From NCBI GenBank assembly GCA_030704615.1, contig CM060734.1, positions 55,800,001 through 55,864,000 of the forward strand: DNA of 64,000 nucleotides. The letters are read 5' to 3'. Shown here piece by piece: positions 50,200-63,655 of the stretch; positions within the stretch are counted from its first letter, which is position 1; each line of letters begins with the position of its first letter. The stretch is from Takakia lepidozioides (Eukaryota; Plantae; Bryophyta). The notes under the pieces were generated by a model. That model was not told the origin of the DNA. It saw only the letters and a list, made by a program, of their open reading frames with translations, and made no database searches. The position numbers were made by a program, and so were the translations under genes.

Positions 50200-52385
50200 C
50201 CTAAGCTAGCTAAGCCGGGCTAAGCATGCATTTCCTCCCCCACGCTCCAAGGTTGATGTCCCCATCAACGCTTCTTCCGCTTTTGAGGTCGCCCTTCGAA
50301 AGCTGCGACCGCCTCGGATGCGTTTCCCATTTCTGAGGCACGCACCCAAGATGCCTCCACATGATGATAGCCCTTCCATTTGACGAGATACTCCGTTTCT
50401 CGGTTCTTGAACCTCATCGACTTAAGAACTGCCTTTACCTCGTACTCAGGTTCATTTTCATGATCCAACAGCACAGGTGGCGGACGCAACACTTGATGCC
50501 GATTCGGACGCGCTTCATCTTTGAAGTAAGGCTTCAAAAGGGAGACATGGAATACTAGGTGCACCTTGCTGTTTTCCGGCAGCTCCAATTCATACACATC
50601 CTCATTCATAACCTTCCGAATGCGAAAGGGTCCTGCATACGGAGGTACAAACTTCGGACTCACTTCCGGAGATAGTCGAAAATTCTTGATGTTCAACCAG
50701 ACCTCTGTGCTTGCCTCAAACTTCACTTCCCTCCGCTTCCGATTCGCCTGCCTTTCATACCGTTTCCTAGCTTTGGCAATGTTGTACTTTGCGAGCTTCA
50801 ACAAACGCTCGCGTTCTTCCAGTACCGCCGCTACTGCCGGTTCCTCAACGTCCTGGGCGGCCCAACTTGTCGGCACCAGAGGTGCTTTTCCATAGACCAA
50901 TACGAAAAGGGAAACTCCCGTTGGAGTGTTCTGTGTTATTATAACAGAACTCTGCCGCGTCTAAGTGTTCCACCCAGTCTGTTTGGTCTGCTGACACGTA
51001 ATTCGCAAGATCTGCTTCACTACGGAATTCACTCTTTGTTTGGCCGTCGGTCGTAGGTCGGAAGGCGGTGCTCATCTTCAGCCTCGTCCCCATCTTCTTC
51101 CAAAGTGTCCTCCAAATTTACTCTTAAACTTTGGATCGCGGTCCGAGACAATATCCTTCGGGACTCCATGATGCTTTAAGACGTGGGCGAAGTAGAGTCG
51201 CCCTGTCTCCTGCGCCGTTGCCGTCTCCTTGGTGGGATGAAATGGCCCATTTTACTGAACCTATCCACCACCACCATGATTGCATCGAATCCTTTTGACA
51301 GCGGCATAGCAGTCATAAAATCCATCGAGACGCTTTCCAAGTCCCCTCTGGAATCGGCAAGGGGTTGTAACAGCCCCGCTTGCTTTTTGTACTCGCTCCA
51401 GTTTTGTTGGCATGTGGGCATGTCTTGACATACTCCTCTGCCTCCTATCTCAGTTTGGGCCAGAAATACTCTTTCTTCAAAGGTGCCGCAGTGCGTTTGG
51501 CTCCGCCGTGGCCCGCAAGCGGGCTATCATGGCATTCTCTCAAGAGGCTATCTCTGATCCCTCCCTTCGGCACGTAAAGACGCTTTTGCTTATACCAGAG
51601 CAGTCCATTTTGCAAGTGGAACTGCGATTTAACCCCCATCCTCAAGTCCTGCATCACGGACTTCGCCAGCTCATCCTTCCGGCAAGCCTTCCGGATCTTC
51701 CTTTGGAGCGCCGTCTCGCCCTTGTACACCAACAAGAGCTGCTGCTTTCTACTTAGAGCATCGGCCACCACGTTGTCTCGTCCCGGTTTGTACTAGATAT
51801 CCACGTCGAACACCGCCAAAGTATCTTGCCACCTAAGTTGTTTTGGGGACAACTTGGGCTGCGTGGCAAAATACTTCACCGTGACATTGTCCGTGAACAC
51901 GTTCACCGGGTTGGAACCAACATAGTGGCGCCAAAGCTCAAGACAGTGCACCACCGCCTTCATCTCTTTCTCGTGCGTCGGCCACCGTCGCTCCACTTCA
52001 TTCAGTTTCTTACTTTCATAAGCCACTGGTCGTCCATCTTGCATCTGTACACCCCCAATCGCGAAGTCTGACGCATCTGTATGTATCTCGAACGGACGAT
52101 CGAACTCCGGGATTTTCAAGACTGGAGCTTCCGCCATCCGCTGCTTCAATTCAGCAAAGCTTGGCCACAAAAGGTGTTCCATGCCCAGACTTTAGATTTA
52201 CACAGAAGGTCTGACAGCGGCCCCGCAATCTTGGCAAAATTTCTCACATACTTCCGGTAATAGGAGGCAAGTCCTAGGAAGGATTGCAATCCCGGGACCA
52301 AAGTCGGAGGCTCCCAGTCAAAAAATGGCCCTCACCTTCCTGTCATCCATTCTGATCCCATCCTGTGTAATCACATGCCCCAGGA
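50200..52385 (-). mobile_element. Chromoviral Ty3/Gypsy pol fragment (RT end, RNase H, integrase, chromodomain) with PPT
   Basis: LGHVITQDGIRMD, TDASDFAIGGV..RPVAYESKKL, ADALSR, CHDSPLAGHGG, SMDFMTAMP, STAFRPTTDGQT, YAGPFRI, HLVFHVSLLKPY, EYEVKAVL..YLVKWKGY. The PPT GTGGGGGAGGAAA lies at 50243-50231. Many frameshifts. Confidence 0.93.
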
Positions 52386-53109
52386 TGTCGCGGCCCTTTG
52401 CCTTGAGGGCAGGGGGTCGGGACACATGAGGGGCTGCCCCTGTGGTGGGGACAGCGGCAACGATAGGTATGGGGGGCTGAAGCACCCTTGAGTGCCAAGG
52501 CATTCAAGGAGGCGGAGGCGCTCACTAGGTGGAGCCCCGCACACCGGATTGCGGTGGGGGTGGCTCCACAAGGGGTGGTGGTAGCTTAGCGGGACTTAGT
52601 GGGGGTGGCATAGGACTCACCATGGGGGCGGAGACCTCGTGGTGGGAGTCGTGGGAGTCTTGGGACTCATCACGGTCCATAGGGGCCGTGGTGAGTGGGC
52701 CAAGACTCACCGCGACTCATCACCGGGAGTCGAGGGTTTTCGTGGTGGTTCGCCATAAAATGGCATGGCTGGTTGTGAAACCCCCACGGACAGCTACAGA
52801 AGTATATATAAGGGGAGTAGTGACCCCGAGAATGGTGCAAGCCCGTTGGTGACCAAAAACTAGTGAGTAAGCGAGCGAGCCGGAAAGCGACCAAAGAGTG
52901 GGGAGCTGTTCCGGACTGCCATCTACCAAAGGGAATTCCACTAGGCCCAAATAGGTGGAGGGTTTAGTGGGAGAGCGAAAGGGGACCGTTATGTCCCAGT
53001 GAGCAGCCGAAGCTCCAAGTTGGCCCGGCGGCCAGGTTGGGAGTCAGGCGCGCATCAAAGCGAGTAACTATGACTTGAAGGAGAGCTTACCGAAGTGAGA
53101 TGCGCGACA
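52386..53109 (+). mobile_element. 5' LTR (724 bp) followed by a tRNA-Met-type PBS and the start of an ORF
   Basis: TGTCGCG...CGCGACA termini, followed by TCGTATCAGAGC (PBS consensus TGGTATCAGAGC) and an ORF from 53165. Near-identical to 60085-60811. Confidence 0.85.
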
Positions 53110-53399
53110 CTTCGTATCAGAGCTTAGAGTTCAGTACGCGATCGTCCTTGGGATTGGCCTCATCATGGGGTCGGGCAAGCCAAAGCCAAAGCGGAACGGC
53201 CCAAAAGATGATGATCCTGGTGAGCCCGATGGGGGCGACCTGTCACCGAAGCGGCCATTTGAGGAAGCGACGCAGGTTTCTGAAAACGAGGCCGCTCAAG
53301 AGCTTCTGGCAAGGATGGTTTGTATTTGGTGGGATACGGTGATGCAGATTGGGCTAGAGATGTTGATAGCAGACGTTCTACTACAAGCGAGCCTAGCAG

Positions 53400-53620
53400 C
53401 CTTGGGAAGGGGCAAAGAGGTTTATGGTGACATTATCCAATTTGGAATTGTACCAGATGTCATTCTGAACATTCCCCTGGTGTACATCTACGTCAAATGT
53501 GAGCCTGGCAGCCCTCAAAAAGGCACATAGGTCCATGATGACATCGTCAAAGCTGGAGTTGTCACTTTAAACACTGCCTTGGTGGATATGTATGTCAAGG
53601 CAACCCTGGAAGTGGATATC
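53400..53620 (+). pseudogene. PLS-class PPR gene fragments
   Basis: LGRGKEVYGDIIQFGIVPDVILNIPLVYIYVKC and VHDDIVKAGVVTLNTALVDMYVK resemble L/S-type PPR motifs; interrupted by stops. Confidence 0.65.
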
Positions 53621-54659
53621 ACTTTGGGTGACAAGGTAGCTGGCACCACCATTCTCTGGACCAAATGATTTCAAATGTTCTCTTGACATGTCCACGATAG
53701 TGCTGGACCTAGCTGCACAACAGATTATCCTTACCCAATGATTTCAGTTGGGCAGTGATATATGGATATGGCAATATGGCCCTCATGTTATTCATTTGTA
53801 GAATGTGGCCAAAATTTGTTTTGCAAAACACTCTTGATATAAACCAGTTTTGAGCCATCCAAATGTTTTTGGTTCCGACCTGTATTTGTATTCTATGTTT
53901 TGTTGTATTTGTAATATATTTTCAATGCAGTGCAGCGAATCAAAAAAATTAAATACAATATCCACTAATTCACATACGTACAGATATAAACTAAAAGTAA
54001 ATGAAAAAAACGAAATAAACAGTAATAAACCAAAAAACCCAAATATTAAATAAAAAACCTCCCAATTCATATATATATGTATATATGTATATACACCCCC
54101 ATAGTGAAACATATTTACTAAAATGTGTCCTCTTTTACTGCTTCACAGTAGAATATTACACTATACAAAGTCAAGCAAACTCACTATCATTGATTTACAG
54201 ACAAACCGTATACTAAACATCATGGAACATAGTCAATATGCTCCACTTAAGTTAAACCACTTTACTACATGTCATGCATCCACGTCACTCTGCGCTTAAG
54301 CCACTCATTACACGTCATGCATCCACCTTATAGTTCAGTTAAACCATTTTATTACACGTCATAGCCACGTCATACTGTGCTGCCTACACGTCACCCCCTA
54401 GGTTTTACTGTCACATTTCACTGTTAGAACCTGGCATCTGGATTCGACTGCTTGACTGAAACGACTTGACCTTTGTCACGCATGTTTGACTATGGAGGCT
54501 GGGAGTAAAAATGTCGCAAACGACTCAAAAATGAGTCAAATACAGAGTCGAAAAGCCCAGCTTGTATTGTAGTGATGTGTTGTTATCTTCAGTGCATATG
54601 TGATGTCATTTGCACTTTGTTAGACTATTGTTTGAGGAGCCAGATTTTGGGACTCCGGT

Positions 54660-57600
54660 CACTACTACGTTTAGGGGGGGTTAGCGACGCCGGGACCCTG
54701 AGTGCGCCAGACGCGACAACCCTCCTGCGATTGCTGCGCCGCGTAGGCCACCGGCCCGGAAATTGCGACGTTTAGCGCGTCGCCGCCGCGCCGCTCCGGT
54801 GACGCTTCGCCAGCTTGCGATTCCGTTATGTCGCTGCAGTTGGGGGCATGACCCGCCAACAAGCTGGGGTTGCGACTCCCGGGCGTCGCACGTACCTTCT
54901 GCGACGCTCCCGCAAGGCTGCGACTCCTGGGAATCGCAACAACACCCCCTCACACTTAGGCGCGTAGGGAGGGCCAAGCCAGCTCGCGCTGGGGTTTGCG
55001 ACGTCCCGACGTCGCAGAAATGCCACAATGGCGACATTGCGATTCCCCGCAGTCGCAGGCCTGCTGGGGCGTCACAAGTGCCCTGTTGCCTGGGGGTCTA
55101 GGATTGGGTTTGCTGCTACGTAATAATTTTTTTTTGGCTTTATTTTGTTTTGTGAATTCGACCCTTGCACCACTACATCCGTGCAAACTATTGGACCATA
55201 TGCTTAATGACAGCGTTTGCAATGCGTGTGCAAATTTTGGAAGTGAACAAAAATCATTTGGACTGAAAACCATATTTTCTTCCCTCATTTGCACTCCGAA
55301 GTTGAGTTCTTTTCAACTTCATGCACTCTCCATAGAGAGTTCCGCAATAATGAGTGAAGGAAACTCTTTGTTTTTTTTTTGTTTTTTTTTTGTCCAATTT
55401 TTTCCATGGATGTAGTGGTCCGGGGTTTGCATTCACAGAACAAAATAGAGCTAAAATAAAAATCATTGCGTAGGAAAAATCCGCAATCATAGATATTGTA
55501 AATGCAGGGGGTTGCGACCTATTGCGACGGCATTGCGATGCCCCAACAGGTCTGCGACGGCGGGGAATCGCAATATTGCCTTTTTTGTGTCTTTGCAAAA
55601 GTCATGGCAGAGGCCAAGCTGAATGGATTCATTGTTGCAAATCTTTTTAGTCCTCCTTCTGTGCTACAATATAATAAGTCTATCTTGCATGTGCGAGACC
55701 GTGATCAACCCGGGAGGCCTTATTGTTAAAGACAATTAATGGCAAGAAGAGGGGGGGGGGACACTAGGAAAGGAAAAGGGAAGGGCCATGGGATTAGAGG
55801 GTTGAGGGTAGATTGCTTTTGGCAATGGCTTTGGCAACATTGTTGTCTTTCACACCAATTTCGAAGATTCTTTCTGTTGCATCGAGATCATGGTAACCAA
55901 ATCGATTGAAGGGTTTCCAGGGATAAGTCTTGGTCAGCACTTGTAGAACAAGAACCATGTCTTCCAACATTCTTGCCTTCGTACAAAAACTCAACAATCC
56001 TAGAGTCACTTTTCGAGTCACAACTTCACTAAAATCATTCCAAGATCGCCACACCTACAAAGGATTTTTTTCATGGATTTTTCATTAATCAATCATAGAA
56101 ATAAGCTACATGCATGTACATGTACAATCAATCGAAGGGATGGGTACAGTTATGTGCGAGAATTATTATGTAGCTTTGATTACGTGTTTAATCGACTTGA
56201 ACATCATCATCCGGAGCTTCTTCGTCCTCATCAAGCTGTAAGTCTTTTTGCTCATCAGAGTCATTGTCATAAATGGTCTGGTCACTAAAAGGCACATCTA
56301 AATCATCTTCCACCTCGGTTTCAATGACCATGTCTTCATCTTCTTCTCCAACATCCGCATCTGATGGAGCCTCATCGTATAGGGTCCGGGCTGCATTGTC
56401 CGGGGCGTCATCATTCTCTTGTACCCCCTCTATCCAACCTCGGCCAACATCAGCGTCATCATGACCAATCTCTTCATCCTTCGCATTTGCCTCGCCCCAT
56501 GTAGATCCCCGACCATGATAGATACGTCTTCCTCTTGGCTGAGCATGCACAACCACCTTCCAATTTCCTGATCCGGAGAAGAGAACTTGCTCCATGTCTG
56601 AAGGCCATGAAAAAAGCTCATCGGAGGGACGATAAGTAGACTCGAGTCTATCTGTATTGACGCGCATCTGGTGCCTTGTATACTGAAGTTGGAGTATGCT
56701 CTCAAGCTCTCCAAAGTAGTTGAGTGTGCTCATGGTAGGTCGTGTATCTCCCCTGCCCCACACGGAGTCTTGCCAATATGAGGCACACAAGCCAGAATCA
56801 AATGTTGTTTTGTGCTTCATGTAAGAGCACGAATGCGGAAATGACGACCATGAACCCAAACCGTCGTGTATGAGGTCGCAAATTGAGAGGGGCCCCTTGC
56901 AATGTCTTGCACCAAATTTGAAACCACCTCACCTTTCGCAATGTTATCCTCTACTTCAGTCTGAAGCCAATGGCGGAAATGAACTTAGAGGCTGCAATTC
57001 CATGGGCAATTCTTGTGAAGGCACATTCATACGCCGGCCCTTTGCTCGCGGAGCGCGTGTAGTCGCCCTTGCATGGTTCCGCCTCCACGCAACCATCTCC
57101 TCATGTCGTTGCTGAACAAGGTTATTGTATCTTGCCTCCCACTCATGTATGGATGGGGTGTTCTTCAGTATGAACTCATGCGCTTGGTTAATCACCATGA
57201 TGGGTAATTTTACCCTCTTTGAATTTTTGGGCAAAACGATGTCATTGGTTCGTACATCCTCATCTTCCTTCCACATCGGAGGGGCTTCCTTATCCACCCT
57301 TGCCAAGTACTCCATACAATAGAACATAGCCTTTTGCAATGTATACCCCTCCGCCATGCTATCCTCGGGGTGTGCCATTTGTCTTACATGTGCTTTCAAA
57401 GTCTTCATGTATCGCTCGAGATAGTACATCCACCGAGAATGAACGGGGCCGACAATCAAAGCCTCTTCCACTAAGTGCACTACCAAGTGCACTTGGATGT
57501 CAAAGAAGGAGGGAGGAAGGTGCATCTCCAAACACACATGACCACCGCCGCCTCCTTCTTCATGCGTGGAAACTCCGCTTCCTCCAGCTCTTTGGAGCAA

Positions 57601-59330
57601 ATCCACCGGAACAATGCTCCCAATTTATAGACTGTCTCGCGAACCTCGGGAGTCAATGTCCCACGTACTGCAATGGGCAAGATGTCTTGCAATAGATTGT
57701 GGTAGTCATGAGACTTCAAACCATGGACCCCGTCTTCATTGAACTTCATACGGAGGGATGACCCATAACTAGTTGGTGTTCGGATAGCTCTTATGGTGGC
57801 TATCACTTTCTTGTATTCCTCATTTGTCCATTGCCAAGGTGCACACCTATACTTCCACCGTACAACACCCTTTGGGTCCACACCATTTTCTTCTGCCCAT
57901 AGATGGGGCATGCGACCCTGTTCCTCAAGTTTCTTTCTAACACCGAGAAAATCTCCTTTTGCAGCCACTCCCTTCTTTGCCGGCGTGCCATGAAGAACAC
58001 GAAAAAAGGACGAGCAAACATTCTTCTCAATATGCATGAGATCTAGAAGATGACAAATCTTCAAGTCCTACACATATTCCCACCCACAAATTCTTACACG
58101 TCTATTTTGTCGTGAAAGTGACAATGGAAATCATACAAAACATGCAATATCACATGCATGCATAGCAATATTGATGGTGTTTTTGTGGAATATGTACCGC
58201 CCAATATGACAACGTAGAGAAGATTGAAAGCCGCTTCATGCTGGGCACCTCCACTTCACTTGACCCCTCCGGATGGGCCTCCTTCCATCGGTCTTCCCAA
58301 AAGTGCCCGGATGGTGTCACAGGTGGGGGACGTAACTCCACTTTGCCATCAAACAAGTGTTTGTCTCTTCTTCTCCAATGATGGCTCATAGGAAGAAACT
58401 TGCGGTAGTTGGGATACACCATCTTGCGAAGATTGCTGGAGCTTTGTGCATCAAGTTCATCGCCACAATGCAGCCATGCGTGGTACTCTTTAGTGCTTAA
58501 CCCCGAGCAAACAGTAAGTCCTGTAGACATTCCGCCAATTAGGAAAGACAATAAGTTTCCATGTGCATCTACCCCACTACAGTACAGAAGACTGTGGCCG
58601 CTACTTCAATCAATCCCAATCCTCATCAATATCCCTTGACAGGTAAATGTACACGGGTTTCTCATGGGGAACATAATATACCTGGATAATCATGCATTGT
58701 CCAACGCAAGATGCCTCTCATCTGAAAAGATTGTCCGGCCATAGGGTCAAGTGAAGCATCCAATGCCGGGACCCCCCTCCATAGCTCCTTCAGTTCATCA
58801 ACTAGAGGTCGCAAGTACGTGTCCATGTCTTTCACTTGTTTTTTCCCTATGAGACATTCGCACCATTAATTGTTTCAATGCTCCACCATACTAATTATAC
58901 TTCATAATGAATGACACATCTTACTACATGATTACGTCACTCATCAATCTTCCATCGGAATTGCGCCAAAGAGAAGAAGATTAATGTAAAATCCAAAGTA
59001 ATAATAAGCATGAAATGGGAACACTCACCCGGTACAATGGCAGCCAACATGATATGGCATTTTTTTATTGAAAGATACAGAGGGATGTTGTAATTCACCA
59101 TGGTCACCGGCCAAGTGGAATGACTACATGACTGGACAGAGAATGGGTTGACCCATCCGAGGAGAAGCCGAGGCGGACATGTCGTGGGTCCTCCAAGAGA
59201 AAAGACCACATCTCTTCAGTATGCCTCCATGCTTGTGAATCTTGTGGCCCGCAAAAACTTGTATTGTACAAAAATTTGTTATAAAGGAAATGGGTTCCAA
59301 ATTTTGTGCGTCCTATTTTGTTTGGAATGG
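54660..59330 (-). mobile_element. CACTA (En/Spm) element, 5'-truncated, with intron-containing Tnp2-type transposase
   Basis: TIR CACTACTACG at 54660 with TGCGAC/GTCGCA subterminal repeats. Minus strand reads NPFSVQSCSHSTWPVTMVNYNIP, DMDTYLRPLVDELKELW, WTMHDYPG, LDLMHIEKNV, GLKSHDYHNLLQDILP and FFDIQVHLVVHL..GPVHSRWMYYLERYM (Transposase_21/DUF4218-type). Confidence 0.92.
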
Positions 59331-59331
59331 T

Positions 59332-60811
59332 GATGCATGGTGTGGTTGGCTAGTGTGTAGAATGCATGCTAGCTTACAAAAGTGGGAGAGGTAAATTGGG
59401 TTAATCGTGTGTTTGCGCAGTGCCGAAATCGGGTGACTCCCATCCAAGGGGCAAATAAACTTGCACCTTCTTTGGGAGTTCACGTGCTAGTGCGCACCTG
59501 GCGCGTGCGCATACTATAACTGCGCTACCGAGGGGGTTGCTTTGTAGTGCGGGCTAACGCGGAAGCTACGTGCTTCCGTTCACGTACTATAATCGTGTAG
59601 CCTCGGGACGAAGTCGTAGTGCGACTTCGGCGTGTTCCCGTACCTCAGGCCAGCATTCCAAGGCGGACCCAATTGTAGTGATTGGGGTGCACGGTTGGTT
59701 CAAGGTTATCTTCCTAGTCAAAGAGGGTTCCAGGTGAACCCTTGCTCAAGGTGATGCCAAAAGCGGCATCATGAGCGGTCGCAAGCAATGTTGTTGCAGT
59801 AAGGCGATTCGATCCTCGGGGAGGATCGTTCCTTGGCCTTGAAGTAGGCCAAGAAGAGTACACTGAGAGGAGCTGGAGAGGCTCCACCCTTGGCCGGGAC
59901 TTGGAGGGAAGTCGGGCCGAACTAGCTAGTGGAGAGTAGAGTCAAATGTGGGGTTTGGTTCTTTGCCATGGGACGCCATGGTACGGAAACAAACTCCTTG
60001 ATGTGGGACGCCACAACTTGGATGTTCGTTTCTACAAAATGGACAAGTTGATGAGGACATCGACTCCCTGTTGGTAGGGGTGTGTGTCGCGGCCCTTTGC
60101 CTTGAGGGCAGGGGGTCGGGACACATGAGGGGCTGCCCTGTGGTGGGACAGCGGCGGCAACGATAGGTATGGGGGCTGAAGCACCCTTGAGTGCCCAAGG
60201 CACTCAAGGAGGCGGAGGCGCTCACTAGGTGGAGCCCGCACACCGGGTTGCGGTGGGGGTGGCTCCACAAGGGGTGGTGGTAGCTTAGCGGGACTTAGTG
60301 GGGGTGGCATAGGACTCACCATGGGGGCGGAGACCTCGTGGTGGGAGTCGTGGGGAATCTTGGGACTCATCACGGTCCATAGTGGCCGTGGTGAGTGGGC
60401 CAAGACTCACCGCGACTCATCACCGGGAGTCGAGGGTTTTCGTGGTGGTTCGCCATAAAATGGCATGGCTAGTTGTGAAAACCCCGCGGACAGCTACAGA
60501 AGTATATATAAGGGGAGTAGTGACCCCGAGAACGGTGCAAGCCCGTTGGTGATGAAAAACTAGTGAGTAAGCGAGCAAGCCGGAAAGCGACCAAAGAGTG
60601 GGGAGCTGTTCCGGACTGCCATCTACCAAAGGGAATTCCACTAGGCCCAAATAGGTGGAGGGTTTAGTGGGAGAGCGAAGGGGGACCGTTATGTCCCGGT
60701 GAGCAGCCGAAGCTCCAAGTTGGCCCGGCGGCCAGGTTGGGAGTCAGGCGCGCGCATCAAAGCGAGTAACGATGACTTGAAGGGGAGCTTACCGAAGTGA
60801 GGTGCGCGACA
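59332..60811 (+). mobile_element. 3' internal region, PPT and 3' LTR (60085-60811) of the same family as 52386-53109
   Basis: The PPT-like TGGTAGGGGTGTG directly precedes TGTCGCGG at 60085, and the LTR ends GCGCGACA at 60811. A possible decayed chromodomain (LVESRVKCG..GTETNS) lies at ~59926-60000. Confidence 0.8.
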
Positions 60812-60946
60812 AGTTAAGCAATGGCACGTGTAATCACAATATATAAATTATATAACAATATATATGTGGATAATAAGAAGTAAAAAAAATAACTATTTTT
60901 TCACTGACCCAACACATTAATAGTAAACTAATCGTGTGTTGGTTAA

Positions 60947-61160
60947 GGTTAGTGAAACAAAACAACTGAATTATATGAACGAATGATAAATAAACGCCTT
61001 GCTGGCAGGTTAGTGAAACAAAACAACTGGATTACTTGAACGAGTGATAAACAAACGCCTTGCTGGCAGCTATTGGATGAACGTATGAAATATAATTTTT
61101 GTGCACTGGATGAATGTATGAACAAACGATAAAGAAAACGCCTTGCTGGCAACTATTGTA
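60947..61160. repeat. Short tandem repeat, ~62-bp unit, 2 full + 1 partial copy
   Basis: GGTTAGTGAAACAAAACAACTG..GATAAA.AAACGCCTTGCTGGCA recurs at ~60947 and ~61008, with a partial copy at ~61127. Confidence 0.6.
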
Positions 61161-61529
61161 TGAACGTATGGACGGATGATAATGCACTTGGCTCGAGTTT
61201 AGGGTTGTTAGGTTGCAGTGTGCAGCCTGACTGAGACTTGGTGTTTTTTTGGGGTCGGCGTGGTTCGAGAGCTCTGCAGGCTTAGGGACTTAGCATTTGT
61301 TTGTCTTTGTATCTTTGTACCACCATCTGTGTTTTCTTAAGGTTCGTGAACCAGGATAAGCGGTTTCTAAAAGACTAGTATCTTGCTGTGTGCACATGAG
61401 AGAGCGGGTGGGGGGGGGAGGAGAGAATAGAGAGAGAGAAGAGTTGCGCAGCGAGTGTACAGTTTGTGGGATCGACCTGTATGTTTGCTCTTGTTGTGTC
61501 GGCCACGGTCACAACGTGTGCTATATGGG

Positions 61530-62335
61530 AGCTTTAGAGCGGAGACAGCAAGGAGTGTTCAACAGTATGGCTGAACGAGATGTGGTGTCGTGGAGTGCAA
61601 TGATTGCAGGATATACACAGCGGGCGCGAGATGGAGGCTTTGCAGACATATGAGCATCTTCTTCAACACATTTCAGCCTGTTTTCCCTGTTATTAGGATT
61701 CAAAGTCATCCCTAAATTTTCACGTTGAATTCTGCAAGTTAGCTCATCGTCAAAGCTGGATTTGTACGAGATGTCATTCTGAACACTGCCCTAGTGGACA
61801 TGTATGCCAAATGTGGGTGCATTAAGGATGCGAAGGGAGTTTTCAACACTATGGCTGAACGAGATGTGGTGTCATGGAATGTGGGGGGAATGTAATGCTT
61901 GCAGGGTATGCACAACAGGGACATGGTATGGAGGCTTTGGAGACCTATGATCAAATATTGATGGGGGAAGGGATGAAGCCCAACCACATCACGTTGCAGC
62001 ATACTGGTACTTCACAGCCATGACAGCTCTCTCAACCCCTCCATTTTTTTTTCTTTTGGTTTTTTTGGCGCTAGGAGAGAGCAGCAACTCTGCTGTCTCC
62101 TTCCCCTTGCTTATGCCGATTGTTAAAGGGGAAATTGTCATTCTGAACTCTGCCTTGGTGGACATGTATGGCAAATGTGGGTGCAGCAAGCCTGAAGTGA
62201 AGGGAAAGTTTGACAATATGGCTGAACGAGATGTGGTAAGGTATGTGCAGCATGGGTATGGGATTAAGGCTTTGGAAACATAAGAGCAAATGATGTGGGA
62301 AGGGATGAAGCCAGACCATGCCGTCATATTCATTT
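61530..62335 (+). pseudogene. PLS-class PPR pseudogene fragments
   Basis: VFNSMAERDVVSWSAMIAGY; IVKAGFVRDVILNTALVDMYAKCGCIKDAKGVFNTMAERDVVSWN; GYAQQGHGMEALE; GMKPNHIT; LNSALVDMYGKCG. Stops and frameshifts throughout. Confidence 0.85.
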
Positions 62336-62369
62336 GTTTTTATAATATGCATGTTTTGTACTGTCAAAT

Positions 62370-63100
62370 GCTTCTATTTGCTGGAGCAGTAAGAAGCAAC
62401 CAACAATTGTTTTGTCTACAACGAAGGCTGAGTACATGGCTGCAACTCATGCTACAAAGGAGGCGATTTGGCTTCGCAAATTGCTTCTGGATATTGGTTA
62501 TCCTCAAAAGGGTCGCATGACTATTTTTTGTGATAATCAAAGTTGCATTTACGAAGAATCCAACGTTCCATGCACGAACTAAACACATTAAGATTCAACA
62601 TCACTTTGTGCGTGAGAAGGTTGAGGGAGGAGAAATGGACCTGGTGTTCTGGAGTACTGACAGTATGATTGCAGATATTTTGACCAAGGGTCTTACTCGC
62701 GAAAAGCATTCACAGAGATGATGGGGGTTGTTAACTTCCAATCTTAGTAACGGATGTTTTCGTTGAGTAGGAGTGTTAGAATTAGGATGGATGAAATTTT
62801 GGGTTCAACTCATTATCTGTTAGATATTCTAGATGCCTAGAATAGATGCGGCTTAGAATAGATGCGGCTTAGAATAGCTATTGGATATACTAGATACTTA
62901 GAATAGCTATTAGGTAAGCCTTGAGGGAATAGACATCTCTGGGTGGGAGGTGGGTATTGGGCTCAGGGGAGAGTAAAACTATCTTTGAATCTTTGTGTCT
63001 TTGTGCATACCTCTATGGTTGGGAAGAGAGCTCCTTTGTAATAGAGTCATGTATTGTTTCATCCCTGCATCTTCAGAAGTATGTGTGTGTTTTCTTGACA
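62370..63100 (+). mobile_element. Ty1/Copia RNase H end, PPT and 3' LTR (62774-63100)
   Basis: WSSKKQPTIVLSTTKAEYMAATHATKEAIWLRKLL..CDNQS..KNPTFHARTKHIKIQHHFVRE..ADILTKGL, then TTGAGTAGGAG followed by TGTTAGAA ... TTCTTGACA. Confidence 0.88.
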
Positions 63101-63655
63101 GCTATTGCACAGTGTGACACTCCGGTGGTATGGGGATCAAATCCTTCTACTAATCTTGTCATGTGTTCTATCATCTATGGTTTCGCGGCGTGTCATGTAT
63201 ACTTCATGGGGTACACCGAAATATGAGAGGCTCAAAGTGCAGACTATCACAAGTTTGAAACATATAGCAATGGCCCAGTGCTTTGGCATCTGTAGGTCTG
63301 GGGTTCAACCCCCTGTGGGCTCCTCTGCCTTGGGCTGGGGTTCTGAGGGGCTTAATTATGCCCCTCAACAAGGGCTGCAGCTGGTCCCTTCCAAAAGACT
63401 TGAAAAAATTGAAGTAATTAATAGTTTTGGATCCGAGTGAGCATTTTTGCTATACTAGACTAGATGTACACCCCAGTGAGGAAGATGGAGTGTGTGGATC
63501 CGAGCTGAATCGAGATGGTGGATCGAGAGTTTGAGATTCGGTTTGATGGTCACACGGATCGCGCAGTTGAGAATTAGACTGGGTTGTCGAGATGGCAACA
63601 TTCGATCCGGGCGCCATCGCAGAGAGTAGATGTTGCAGTGCAGACTGCAAGAATG

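Noticed and set aside
55794-56859. Acidic 223-aa ORF and 86-aa ORF as independent genes
   Set aside because: They lie inside the CACTA element on the transposase strand. The 223-aa ORF has YFGELESILQLQY and QVLF..WKVV, typical of the CACTA transposase C-terminal region.
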